NCBI GenBank assembly: GCA_964405655.1
Contig: CAYOOO010000002.1
Location: 2,022-66,021, forward strand
DNA: 64,000 nucleotides
Direction of reading: 5' to 3'
DNA from: an uncultured Gammaproteobacteria bacterium
GTDB taxonomy: Bacteria; Patescibacteriota; Microgenomatia; Daviesbacterales; UBA10151
Part shown: positions 46,873 to 56,616 of the stretch, in pieces
Layout: each line of letters starts with the position of its first letter
How positions within the stretch are numbered: position 1 is the stretch's first letter
The notes under the pieces: generated by a model
Told to the model about the DNA's origin: nothing
The model's database searches: none
The model's input: the letters and a program-made list of their open reading frames with translations, nothing else
Made by a program: the position numbers and the translations under genes

Positions 46873-48810
46873 TTGCTGCTTGGTAGTCTAATTGCAAAGC
46901 AATTACATCGCATTGCCTCTTGTAACGCGTTGCATTATAATCATGGGCTTAAGATGAGCTCATTAGCAGAACGAGCCAGAAGTTTAGGTCGCTATATACA
47001 AAGTAGTCTGCCTTTTACTCGCTCCGAAGCTCGAACAATTAAAGTTATAGAGCCTCCAACTATTGTCATTGAGACTGAAGATGGTAGCAGAACTGGTAGA
47101 AGAAAGGCTTTAAAAGCTCTAAAGCAGCAACCAGTTGGAGTCCTCCACAGATCAATTATTGAAATCCATAACCAACTAGGAAGAAGTAAAAAAAGGGTTA
47201 ATAAACTAATAGGAGACAACTTAAGCTGGGGAGAGATAATCTATTCAGCAGACCCTGCTCTACTGGGATATTTGTCAGTTAGACGCAGGTTAGCAGAAAC
47301 AATGGATTACTTGCAGATGGCAAATTTAAGCATCCCTTTAGCCTCCCCAGAATATCTGAATGTTTTAGAGCGTGAGAATTTATTCGATTACAAAGTTGGA
47401 GGAGTGAGCTTTTTAGAGATTGAAAAGATGCCGATGCAGCCAGAGTTAAGTCTGGAGGATATCTCCAGAATTGACCGCCTGACTATGGATGGAAAGAAAC
47501 TCTTTTTCGGCAGGGAAGTTGGTTACCTGAGATTTGCCCTGCTTTATCTAGCGGCTTTTAACTATGCCCGGCCAGACTCAAAAGTAAGTCTGCCGGAAAA
47601 CTTACGTGAGCTGCGAAGACGGGCTGTTGGCTATTTTGATTATTATACTGACTTAATGACCCAGTTTAACTTATCAGATGAGGTGGATTTACATCTAATC
47701 TGGGATCTTATGGGAGGCAGATCTTTTCTTCCACATGCTTTAGCAACCTACATCCCAGCCCGAAGAGGCATTACTCCATCTTCTGCAGTTAAACTGTTTG
47801 AAACAAAGTTTCAATCGATGGAACCTATCTTTGGGTTTTCCAGTAGAATCTGGGCAAGGAGGATGACGAGAGCAATGATAGCTTCAACTAAACAGGCTTA
47901 TTCTCAAAACTGCTTACCTGAAGACTTAGAGAAGTTCCAGCACTATGATCCTGAAGCAGATAGTAGAGCTTCAGAGAGAGTTTTACAACACTTTGATCAA
48001 TATTCAGCTGATCCTGAGGTTTACGAGAATGCTTCGGCAGTTTTAAAAAGGTTTCAGCAGCAGTATCGTAAAAAATTAAGAAGAGAGATTTTAGGTTCAA
48101 AAAATGGCAGGGTAAGAATAGATATGGGACAAGCTGGAATAGCCAGTTCCTTAACAGCTGCCCGCCATTATCAAGATACTTTAATGTTTGTTTTGCATTT
48201 TGATCCGCAAACTCATCTGACCATTGAGCTTGATAGAGCAGGCAAGATCTATGGAATCCCTGCCAATCTTTTTAGAAATGATCCTAATATAGCTTTAGCT
48301 ATGACAGACAGGTTGTTAGATCCGGTTATGAAGTGGTTAGATTTACGCTATCCAACTACAACTCAAGCTGCTATTTCTGCTCCCTGGCGAATACCCCAAT
48401 TAGTTGAGCTGGTTACCAAAGATGAAGAAATAGCTACTACACCAAAAAGAAAAACTTTAAGGTTACCAAGACCAAGTGAAATTATGCATACTACTCCAAA
48501 AACCAGTGTGGCTGGTGAGTCTGAAAGAAGAAAATGTGTTGTCATACACTCTAGAAAGAAGGTTAAAGAAATGTTGCCAAAAAATACTCCTGAGGAAGCA
48601 GTAGATAGGATCATGGCAGCAATTAAGGACTATGAATTTGGCAGGGATGCATCTGCCAAGACTTTGCAGTTATCTGGTGGATTAGTCCAAATTAGAACAG
48701 GAGATTTTAGGGTAGAATTAGAGCATCAAAGAGGCAGGATTTTTAGATTAGTTGATGCTGGAGATAAGAAGGATATCAGGAGAAGAGTTCAGCCTAAGGT
48801 ATTAACTTAA
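46873..48810 (+). CDS. large hypothetical protein (645 aa) with a RelE/ParE-like C-terminus
   Basis: C-terminus LSGGLVQIRTGDFRVELEHQRGRIFRLVDAGDKKDI resembles the RelE/ParE core. Arg-rich. Confidence 0.5.
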   Translation: MLLGSLIAKQLHRIASCNALHYNHGLKMSSLAERARSLGRYIQSSLPFTRSEARTIKVIEPPTIVIETEDGSRTGRRKALKALKQQPVGVLHRSIIEIHNQLGRSKKRVNKLIGDNLSWGEIIYSADPALLGYLSVRRRLAETMDYLQMANLSIPLASPEYLNVLERENLFDYKVGGVSFLEIEKMPMQPELSLEDISRIDRLTMDGKKLFFGREVGYLRFALLYLAAFNYARPDSKVSLPENLRELRRRAVGYFDYYTDLMTQFNLSDEVDLHLIWDLMGGRSFLPHALATYIPARRGITPSSAVKLFETKFQSMEPIFGFSSRIWARRMTRAMIASTKQAYSQNCLPEDLEKFQHYDPEADSRASERVLQHFDQYSADPEVYENASAVLKRFQQQYRKKLRREILGSKNGRVRIDMGQAGIASSLTAARHYQDTLMFVLHFDPQTHLTIELDRAGKIYGIPANLFRNDPNIALAMTDRLLDPVMKWLDLRYPTTTQAAISAPWRIPQLVELVTKDEEIATTPKRKTLRLPRPSEIMHTTPKTSVAGESERRKCVVIHSRKKVKEMLPKNTPEEAVDRIMAAIKDYEFGRDASAKTLQLSGGLVQIRTGDFRVELEHQRGRIFRLVDAGDKKDIRRRVQPKVLT

Positions 48811-48820
48811 GTTTTTAATC

Positions 48821-49813
48821 ATGGCAGCAGAAATTGATTTACCAAATCCAGTTCTTTCGTCACATTTAGTACGCTCAAGGCAGTTAGGTTATCAGAGCTT
48901 GGCAGCCATGCCTGCAAGATTATCTCTACCTTTGTCTTTAGAAATCTTTGAGGATTTGAGCGACAGACGGAAAAAGGTGGGTCAACTCGAACGGGAAGTC
49001 ATAGTTCCAAATGAAGAGGTTTCAGAAAGAGTTGCCTTTTTAGGTCAATATGGACAATTACAACCTACCTTAAGGCAGGTACTTGATTTTTTAGTCAGAG
49101 AAACTATCCTTCTTCAACCTTTAACTCAACTTGGATTTGATAGCGTTGTTAAATACTTTTTTAATATTGATCAAGTAGCAGGCATACCAATTGCTTGGAA
49201 CCGTATGGATTTAAGATCAGATGGAGCATATAACCACGATGAGGGTATATTGATGAAATTCGGACCTCCCTTACCTGAGAGTTTACTGATTAGTCTGGCA
49301 AGGACAGGTTTAGTTGATAATAGCTCATTGATTCTGACTCATGAATTAGTTCATTCCAAGCAGGCAGCCAGAAAGAAGAAAAGAGGAGAGTGGTATAAAA
49401 AACATCGGGAGTTTATGGAAGTCCATGCTTATATCAGCGAAGGTAGAGCTCAATATTCTGATCGCGGCAGATTAAAAAAACACATTTTAACTGCAGTTGG
49501 GTATGACAAAAAGCTAGTCTATCCTGGGGCAGATCCTTTTAAGATAATGTTTGCTATTTGGGCAGTTGATAGATTGCTAGCTTTGGGTTTTACCCATAAT
49601 CAAATTTGCGATAGAGAAGCAAATCTTGGTAACTGGAATCAAAGAAGATCTGTTTATGGAAGATTCTCTAAAACAATAGCATCAAGCTCTAGGAGGTTTC
49701 AGTTATCCTCTACGAACTTAGATGGTTTAGTTGAAGGGAATGATTTGATTCTGCGTGAACATAGAAGCATAGTCAGGTTGATAGCTCAAGAAGAACTTAA
49801 AAAAGCTGCTTAA
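48821..49813 (+). CDS. hypothetical protein (330 aa) with an HExxH motif
   Basis: LILTHELVHS zincin-like motif. Otherwise unknown. Confidence 0.45.
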   Translation: MAAEIDLPNPVLSSHLVRSRQLGYQSLAAMPARLSLPLSLEIFEDLSDRRKKVGQLEREVIVPNEEVSERVAFLGQYGQLQPTLRQVLDFLVRETILLQPLTQLGFDSVVKYFFNIDQVAGIPIAWNRMDLRSDGAYNHDEGILMKFGPPLPESLLISLARTGLVDNSSLILTHELVHSKQAARKKKRGEWYKKHREFMEVHAYISEGRAQYSDRGRLKKHILTAVGYDKKLVYPGADPFKIMFAIWAVDRLLALGFTHNQICDREANLGNWNQRRSVYGRFSKTIASSSRRFQLSSTNLDGLVEGNDLILREHRSIVRLIAQEELKKAA

Positions 49814-50654
49814 TAGGGAAATTCTGGTAGCCGTTTAGGAACTCTTTTAAACTAACAGGAGCTTTTCCTTCTATTTGAACTTTTCCTTCTGGTAAAAGTT
49901 TAACTATTTTCCCATTCCATTTAGTCCAGGCAGTTGGCCAAGGGTAATAGGCTCTAATCATCCTATCTAACTTCTCAAGAAATTCCTGGAGGGCCTGCTT
50001 GCCGGTAGGCAAGTTATTAATCTCAAAATACCCATCCTCTTTAGTCACCTTATCACAAAAAGTTGCTATCGCATGATTTTGTGCAGTTGATTTGAGTTTT
50101 CCCAAGATATAATCTTTAATAATTTGAGTTATATCCTGACTTGCTTGTTGAAAAATTTTGTTACCCAAAGTTTGGTAATTATCACCGCTATCTATATCTA
50201 AACTCTTTTGATAAAGAATTGGTCCATGATCCATATTCTCATCTAGAAGCATATAACTCATCCCAGTTTCTTTTTCTCCTTCTAAAATTGCAGTTTGCAA
50301 AGGAGAAGGACCCCGAAACTTTGGAAGAAGTGATGGGTGAAGATTAATAGTTCCAAGTTTGGGAAGATCTAAAACTACTTGTGGAATGATCTTGCCATAA
50401 GCTGCTACTACAAACAGATCTGGCTCAAGTGATTTAATGCTGTCAGCAAAATCTTGATCTAATCTTTCAGGGCTGAAAATGGGTATATTTTGGTCTAAAA
50501 ACGCTTGTTTGACTGGTGTAGGAGCAAGCTTTAGATGACGTCCAGAAGGCTTATCAGGGACTGTAACTATTGCTTGCAAATTAAAGTTTTTTTGGAGTGC
50601 TTGAGCAACCGGAACAACAAAAGATCTTGAGCCAAAGAAAATAATTCTTGTCAT
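49797..50654 (-). CDS. fmt: methionyl-tRNA formyltransferase
   Basis: N-terminal formyltransferase domain (IIFFGS ... ; LHPSLLPKFRGPSP) and a C-terminal domain. Forms a def-fmt operon. Confidence 0.85.
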   Translation of the reverse strand: MTRIIFFGSRSFVVPVAQALQKNFNLQAIVTVPDKPSGRHLKLAPTPVKQAFLDQNIPIFSPERLDQDFADSIKSLEPDLFVVAAYGKIIPQVVLDLPKLGTINLHPSLLPKFRGPSPLQTAILEGEKETGMSYMLLDENMDHGPILYQKSLDIDSGDNYQTLGNKIFQQASQDITQIIKDYILGKLKSTAQNHAIATFCDKVTKEDGYFEINNLPTGKQALQEFLEKLDRMIRAYYPWPTAWTKWNGKIVKLLPEGKVQIEGKAPVSLKEFLNGYQNFPIKQLF

Positions 50655-51169
50655 ATTGTGACTTCTTCAAAAACATCTGCTCCAGTTCTGTCTTTGCCAA
50701 CTACTTTAAAAACCCTAGATTTTTGTTCTAAAGCTAAATCCATAAATAATTTACCCTGTAAATGGTCATACTCATGTTGAAAAATCCAAGCCGGAATACC
50801 TGTTAACCTCTCTTTAACTTCATTACCTTTTTCATCCAAATATGAGACTGTAACGGTTAAAAACCTAGTAATCTCAGCATAGTAATTAGGGATAGAAAGA
50901 CAACCCTCAAGATACAGCTTAGTCTTTTTTGAAAACTTAAATATCTTAGGATTAAAAACTGCTTTGAAAGTATTATCTGTAGTTTTCATGATAAAAAATT
51001 GTTCATTATTTCCAATTTGGGTTGATGCTAAGCCCACTCCCTCTGGATCAACAAAACTTTTGGTGGTTTTGATCATCTCTTTGATGGTATTTAACAAACC
51101 TTGATTAATTTTCTTGACTGGTTTAGTTTTAAATCTTAAACGTGGATCAGGCGCTTGAACTACGTACAT
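50651..51169 (-). CDS. def: peptide deformylase
   Basis: EGCLSIP and QHEYDHLQG motifs. Confidence 0.88.
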   Translation of the reverse strand: MYVVQAPDPRLRFKTKPVKKINQGLLNTIKEMIKTTKSFVDPEGVGLASTQIGNNEQFFIMKTTDNTFKAVFNPKIFKFSKKTKLYLEGCLSIPNYYAEITRFLTVTVSYLDEKGNEVKERLTGIPAWIFQHEYDHLQGKLFMDLALEQKSRVFKVVGKDRTGADVFEEVTI

Positions 51170-51269
51170 ACCTAAAAGTTTACCATTTTAACACTAAATT
51201 TTAAATAAAGTCTCATAGTTTTAAAATTTTCTATCCTATATAATAGAACCTTAGTGTTATAATAAGACA

Positions 51270-51617
51270 ATGTCAGTTGTTGAAAACTTAAGTAATTTAG
51301 GAAAAGAGCTAGTTGATTGGTGTAGGGATGCAAGAGTTTACCACGAAGTCCTCAGAGATGGCCGGCAAGATTATGCACTGAACGTCTGGGCGATAAAGAC
51401 CTTAGACCCAACCTTAATACCTGTGGCAGATTTATTGGCAAGGGAACAAGTATTACTGGATAACCCGGATCTGACCGCTAAAATGGACAGCATCAGACGA
51501 CCAGTAGTACTATTGCCCAAAGCTATCAGATTAGTCTTGGCTTTGGCGGACTATACAGTTATTGATTGGACAAGATTTATTTTTTCTGACGATCAATACA
51601 GTCGGATAGAGTTCTAA
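51270..51617 (+). CDS. hypothetical protein (115 aa)
   Basis: ORF only. Confidence 0.4.
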   Translation: MSVVENLSNLGKELVDWCRDARVYHEVLRDGRQDYALNVWAIKTLDPTLIPVADLLAREQVLLDNPDLTAKMDSIRRPVVLLPKAIRLVLALADYTVIDWTRFIFSDDQYSRIEF

Positions 51618-51892
51618 CTCTTCTTCTCAGAAAAGGTATTTTTTAGCTGTTTTAATCTCCACATAAATACCCGAGCTTTGTTTTTGGCTGTTAAATACCC
51701 CTTGGTGAAACTCAAAGCTTCCTCAAGCAGGTTTCTTGGTAGTTGTTTGGCAAGCTTAATATAAAGAGAGTAATGTTTTGGATCTCCTAAAGTATCTGCC
51801 AGGTATACTCCATATTCTTGGAACTCTTTACTTAAGTTTTTGGGTCTTTTTAAGCCTTTTGTTTCTTCTAAAACCTTAGCAATACTTTTCAT
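51614..51892 (-). CDS. hypothetical protein (92 aa)
   Basis: ORF only. Lys-rich. Confidence 0.4.
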   Translation of the reverse strand: MKSIAKVLEETKGLKRPKNLSKEFQEYGVYLADTLGDPKHYSLYIKLAKQLPRNLLEEALSFTKGYLTAKNKARVFMWRLKQLKNTFSEKKS

Positions 51893-51895
51893 TTT

Positions 51896-53275
51896 CTACT
51901 GTGAACAAGTAAAGGGAGCTAGTGGGTCAGTTTTAACTAGTCCTCCCCATTCTACCATTGTAAAGCTGAAGCCCTCTCTTTTTGGAGTGATTAAGATTGG
52001 CTGAGTCACCTGGGTTGGTTTATCTAAAGCCTGGAAATATAAGTGGACTCTAATAGTCTGATCAGGTTTAGGTGTTAGATAAAGAGGCTCAATTTGATCA
52101 ATTTGCTTTTGATCAACTATTCCAACAAAATAATAAGAAGAATTAGGCAGTGCATTTAGCCAGTAATCTTTAAACTGCTGAGTTTCTTTAGAATTTAGTC
52201 CTAGTTTAGGCAAGATATCATCAAACAAAACAGGTAACTTATCAAAAGTTACAACAAATCCCTGATCAGGCTTGTTTAAATCTTTGTCTTCTATTTTAGC
52301 CTCATAATAGAGATAAGGATACTCTTTATTATCAACTATTAACTTTCCATCAGGATAAGCAGTTGCATTCCAGCCAGAAAGTGGATAAAGGGGATCAGTG
52401 TAGGTCAGATCAACTTTAGGATCAATCTTGACATTAATTACAGTTGCTTGTTTAGGGTAAAGATAAACTGCTGGTTTGCAGTGAACATACCAGGCACCTG
52501 CTATAGCAAGCTTGTCTTGTTGGAGCAGAAAGTATTGAAGCTGTAACTCTTCTTTGTCTTGGCTGACATCTTGGTTTGGGAAAATAAGCTTTGGCGCCTC
52601 AGCGCCTGGAGAGGGAAGGCTAACCCCTTTTTTATTTAAACCCTGGCATTCCTTGATTGCTTCCGGCGGGACTGGAGAGCCAAGTTTATCTACAGCCTGA
52701 TAGACATCAGTTACCATGAAAGTTCGCTTATAGCCAATTGATCCGCCGTCAAAGGTTTTAGGACTGTTGTCCGAATTGAGGTGAGCTAGGAATATTAAAC
52801 CAATAGTACTGGGTTGAAATTTAAAAGCTCCTCCGTTGCTTAGGTGTACCTCCCCATGTTTTTTAGGGTACATAATAAGAAACTTTCCTCTGCCTGGGAT
52901 ATCAATAAAGTTTTGGGGGCCAAAATCAACTGCAATTCCCTGATTATCGACTCCTGGTTCTTTTAAATTCTCATTCAAATAATTGGTTGCGACATAGACA
53001 TTTGATAGGACGAGCTGGTACTTAATTTTAGTAGAAGTATCCAGATCAACTGATCCTTGGAAGATTTTAGTGTACTGGTTATTTCCACCTCGTGAATAAC
53101 GGTAAGCATCTACTTGAGTTGACCCTGATTCAACCTTGCAACCCTCAGTAATAATTGGAGAACTACTCACTGGGGCTGTTGGTATCTCAACTGGCCAGAT
53201 AATTAAAATTGCTAAAAACAAAAGCATTAGCAAAATAAGCTGGATATAGCCTTTCTGTTTTGGTAAATTTGCCAT
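51896..53275 (-). CDS. hypothetical secreted/membrane-anchored protein (459 aa)
   Basis: N-terminal TM/signal segment. Beta-rich. Confidence 0.5.
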   Translation of the reverse strand: MANLPKQKGYIQLILLMLLFLAILIIWPVEIPTAPVSSSPIITEGCKVESGSTQVDAYRYSRGGNNQYTKIFQGSVDLDTSTKIKYQLVLSNVYVATNYLNENLKEPGVDNQGIAVDFGPQNFIDIPGRGKFLIMYPKKHGEVHLSNGGAFKFQPSTIGLIFLAHLNSDNSPKTFDGGSIGYKRTFMVTDVYQAVDKLGSPVPPEAIKECQGLNKKGVSLPSPGAEAPKLIFPNQDVSQDKEELQLQYFLLQQDKLAIAGAWYVHCKPAVYLYPKQATVINVKIDPKVDLTYTDPLYPLSGWNATAYPDGKLIVDNKEYPYLYYEAKIEDKDLNKPDQGFVVTFDKLPVLFDDILPKLGLNSKETQQFKDYWLNALPNSSYYFVGIVDQKQIDQIEPLYLTPKPDQTIRVHLYFQALDKPTQVTQPILITPKREGFSFTMVEWGGLVKTDPLAPFTCSQ

Positions 53276-53308
53276 TATAAAAATATTTTAACAGCTTTTA
53301 GGAATCAA

Positions 53309-55453
53309 TTAAGGAGTATTTGCAGATAAAGTGGCTATTTCTTCTTGTTTTTTTAAAGCGTCTGGATCATTGGGGGTAATCTTTAAAACTTCTTTAATCT
53401 CTTGTTCTGCATTCTCTTTTTGCTGCAAATTTGTATAGAGCTCAGCCAGTAAGAAGTGGGCTTCCTTATAATTAGGTTTTAGCTCAACTGCTTTTTGAGC
53501 TGGTTCAGCTGCCTCTTCTAGCTTGTTAAATTGTTGAAGTACCACTCCTTTTTGGTAATAAAGCTTAGCATCAGTTGGGGCTAGCTTAATCGCTTGATCT
53601 AAAGTTTTTAGAGTTGTTTGTTCAAGATCTTTATCAATTAAAGCTAGTTGGAAGTAAGTTCTAAAAGCGCTTCGATAAAGTGAAACATTTTTTGGACTCA
53701 AGTCTAAAGATTGTTCTGTTTGATCTAAGGCAATTTTTTTATACCTTGCTGACCTGGTCGCATCTTCCTCTGAGAGGGCAATAGCAATCGACGAGGCAGC
53801 ATAACCCAAATCGCTTTTAAAAATTGGTTCACCTCTATTTAAAGCAGCAGCCATGACTAAATTTTCATAAGCCTTTCCTGGCTTACCAGCTTCATTATAA
53901 TTTGAACCTTTGCGGTAGTAGAAATCAGCTAACCACCAGGTCCCAACTGTAAAAACTAAAAAAGCGGCAGAAAGAATGACTAAAATTTGGACTAAATTTG
54001 TAGTGAGCGGTTTTCTATAGATAAATGAAACGATACTTAAAAGCAGTGGATTAATCTTTTTAGGCGATAATGGTTTTAGGCTATTGGTATCAAAAAAGAC
54101 TACTACTGGGAAGAGAAAGAAGAATAATGCCACAATTACAACTGAAAAAAGAAAAAAGTTTTGGATTAAATAGAATAGATAGGAAGCAAATATTGCAGCT
54201 ATTAAAAGTTTACAAGAATAATTTTCATCACTTTTAACTTTAGAAAGGATTTTTTTAAGACAGAAAAAGATAAATGAAAAAATTATTGACATGTAGCTTA
54301 TAAATCCAAAAGCACCAGTGGTAGCAAGATAATTTAAGTATTCATTATGAGCTTTGTTATATAAAAAGTCCCATTCAGAGACGTAGTTGTGCGAGATGGG
54401 CCTGAAGTTATAGTAAGAGTAGGCAAAGGTCTCTACTCCTGATCCAAACAGAGGGTAAGCTTTAAATATATCAATTGTTCCTTTCCAGACAATCAATCTA
54501 ATTCTTCCTGATTCAGTCCCCCCATTTTCAAGTTGTGTTCCAGTAGTTTGGGAGACAGAAATTCCAGGCCTTGGTGGAGGAGCCCCTTTTTTAATTAACC
54601 TAAAATCACCAGTTAAAGCTGAGCCATATAATAGGTTGATAAATACAAACAAGGCCAAAACTAGTCCAAGCGGCAAGAGACCAGATAATTTGTTTTTAAT
54701 CTTGCTTGAGATATTGGTATAGAGGCAGTAGCCAGAGAATATAAAAAGTCCTGCCAAAAGTCCCAAGCTTGCTCCTCTGGAATAAGTAAAGGTAAAAGCT
54801 AAATAGAAAGCTGTGGTAGAAAACAAATAAAAATTCCTGCTCAGGCTAGATTTTGCTGCTAAGAAAAAATAAAGAGAAGGAAAAATTAACATCCCAAGAT
54901 ATGCTGCCAGCCAGTTAGGTTGACCCAGTGTGGCAAAAACTCTGGCTTGAACATCTTGAACCCAACAATCTGCACTAAATGTTCGATTCAGAAGGTAACA
55001 AGAAGGGGACAGACCAAAATGTTCAGGAATTGCATAAAGTGCGACAACTAACCCACCAAAGATAGCCCCCTTTAGAAACTTTTGTATCGAGTCAAAACTA
55101 AAGTTAGAGACTAACGCATAAAAAAGTAAGATATAAGAAAGTGTAGAAAAAAGCCCACCATTCAATCTTGAGTAGTAACCAAAAACTGAAGTGTGTCTGT
55201 CTATTGAAAAAATGGTCGATAAGATTTGGCTTATCAAAAAAAGAGCTAGGGGAATATCTAAAGGAGTTAGAGTCAAGATAATCTTTTTTTGATTGATCAT
55301 CTTCAGAATCCAGGTTGTGGAAATAACAATAGTCAAAAGATAAACAAGTAACATCTTATTAAACTCAAATAACTCTGAGTTAACAGAGCTGAAGACAAGA
55401 GGGGTTAGAAAAAAGAGCAAGTAGAAGCTATAAAACAAAATTTTTTGAAGCAT
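53309..55453 (-). CDS. O-antigen ligase/polymerase-like (Wzy_C) membrane protein with C-terminal TPR repeats
   Basis: ~12 TM helices, a Wzy_C-like loop (FTFTYSRGASLG) and C-terminal TPR units (LKPNYKEAHFLLAELY ...). Confidence 0.6.
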   Translation of the reverse strand: MLQKILFYSFYLLFFLTPLVFSSVNSELFEFNKMLLVYLLTIVISTTWILKMINQKKIILTLTPLDIPLALFLISQILSTIFSIDRHTSVFGYYSRLNGGLFSTLSYILLFYALVSNFSFDSIQKFLKGAIFGGLVVALYAIPEHFGLSPSCYLLNRTFSADCWVQDVQARVFATLGQPNWLAAYLGMLIFPSLYFFLAAKSSLSRNFYLFSTTAFYLAFTFTYSRGASLGLLAGLFIFSGYCLYTNISSKIKNKLSGLLPLGLVLALFVFINLLYGSALTGDFRLIKKGAPPPRPGISVSQTTGTQLENGGTESGRIRLIVWKGTIDIFKAYPLFGSGVETFAYSYYNFRPISHNYVSEWDFLYNKAHNEYLNYLATTGAFGFISYMSIIFSFIFFCLKKILSKVKSDENYSCKLLIAAIFASYLFYLIQNFFLFSVVIVALFFFLFPVVVFFDTNSLKPLSPKKINPLLLSIVSFIYRKPLTTNLVQILVILSAAFLVFTVGTWWLADFYYRKGSNYNEAGKPGKAYENLVMAAALNRGEPIFKSDLGYAASSIAIALSEEDATRSARYKKIALDQTEQSLDLSPKNVSLYRSAFRTYFQLALIDKDLEQTTLKTLDQAIKLAPTDAKLYYQKGVVLQQFNKLEEAAEPAQKAVELKPNYKEAHFLLAELYTNLQQKENAEQEIKEVLKITPNDPDALKKQEEIATLSANTP

Positions 55454-55555
55454 CTTAGATTAAGAGCATCATAAATAAGTTTTTAATAATACGCAACATT
55501 TTGGATCGATATTGTTGTCTGATTTAAACTTAGTGTGTTAAACTGCTGATCAGTC

Positions 55556-56614
55556 ATGTTTGGCAGATTCTGGCAACTCTTTTCCCATGATATTGGTATA
55601 GATTTAGGGACTGTGAATACCCTGGTGGCAGTCAGGGGTAAGGGAATAGTTATTCGTGAGCCATCAGTAGTAGCAATTCACAAAAAATCACGTCAGGTTT
55701 TGGCAATTGGTGTTGAAGCCAAAAGAATGCTAGGTAGAACTCCAGCAGTCATTGAAGCTGTCAGACCCTTAAGAGATGGAGTTATCTCAGACTTTGATAC
55801 AACTGAGGCTATGCTACGTCACTTTATTCAGAAAGTTCACCAAGCCCCGGCATCCGCCGGCTGGCGGATTCCTAAAATCCCCAGGCCTAGGGTAGTAATA
55901 GGTATCCCCTCAGGTGTAACAGAGGTGGAAAGAAGAGCTGTCCAGGACGCAGCTATGTCAGCCGGCGCTAGGGAAGCTTATTTAATAGAGGAACCAATGG
56001 CAGATGCTATTGGGGCAGATCTCAAGATAGAGGAGCCCGAGGGAAATTTAGTGGTGGATATTGGTGGAGGCACAACTGAGATAGCAGTAATCTCCCTGGG
56101 GGGAATAGTTTTGAACAGATCCTTGAGGATTGCTGGGGATGAGATGGATCAAGATATTCTCTCCTATATGAGGATGCGCTATGGAATGCTAATTGGTGAG
56201 CGGACAGCAGAGGATGTCAAGATTGAGCTAGGTAGTGCCACCCAGTTAAATAAAGAAAAGGAGTTTGTTATTAGGGGCAGGGAACTGGCAACTGGCTTAC
56301 CAAAATCTATCAAGGTCACCTCAACTGAGATCAGGGAGGCAATCTCCTCTACAATTACTCAAATCATTAATACTATTCATGAAGTTTTAGAAGAAACTCC
56401 ACCTGAGCTTTTGTCAGATATACTAGAGCGGGGAATTTTCATTACCGGTGGTGGGGCACTGATTAAGGGCCTTGATAAAAGGATCTCAGACGAAACAAAA
56501 ATGCCTGTTTGGATAGCAGAAGATCCTTTAACTACAGTTGTCAGAGGTTGCACTAAAGTTTTAGATGATTTGGATCTACTATCAAAGGTTAAAGTCACCG
56601 GTGGGTTAAGGTAA
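55556..56614 (+). CDS. mreB: rod shape-determining protein MreB (paralog 2) with an in-frame GC-rich palindromic insert
   Basis: IGIDLGTVNTLVAV, DIGGGTTE and other actin-fold motifs. The extra segment APASAGW relative to paralog 1 coincides with TCCGCCGGCTGGCGGA. Confidence 0.88.
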   Translation: MFGRFWQLFSHDIGIDLGTVNTLVAVRGKGIVIREPSVVAIHKKSRQVLAIGVEAKRMLGRTPAVIEAVRPLRDGVISDFDTTEAMLRHFIQKVHQAPASAGWRIPKIPRPRVVIGIPSGVTEVERRAVQDAAMSAGAREAYLIEEPMADAIGADLKIEEPEGNLVVDIGGGTTEIAVISLGGIVLNRSLRIAGDEMDQDILSYMRMRYGMLIGERTAEDVKIELGSATQLNKEKEFVIRGRELATGLPKSIKVTSTEIREAISSTITQIINTIHEVLEETPPELLSDILERGIFITGGGALIKGLDKRISDETKMPVWIAEDPLTTVVRGCTKVLDDLDLLSKVKVTGGLR

Positions 56615-56616
56615 CT

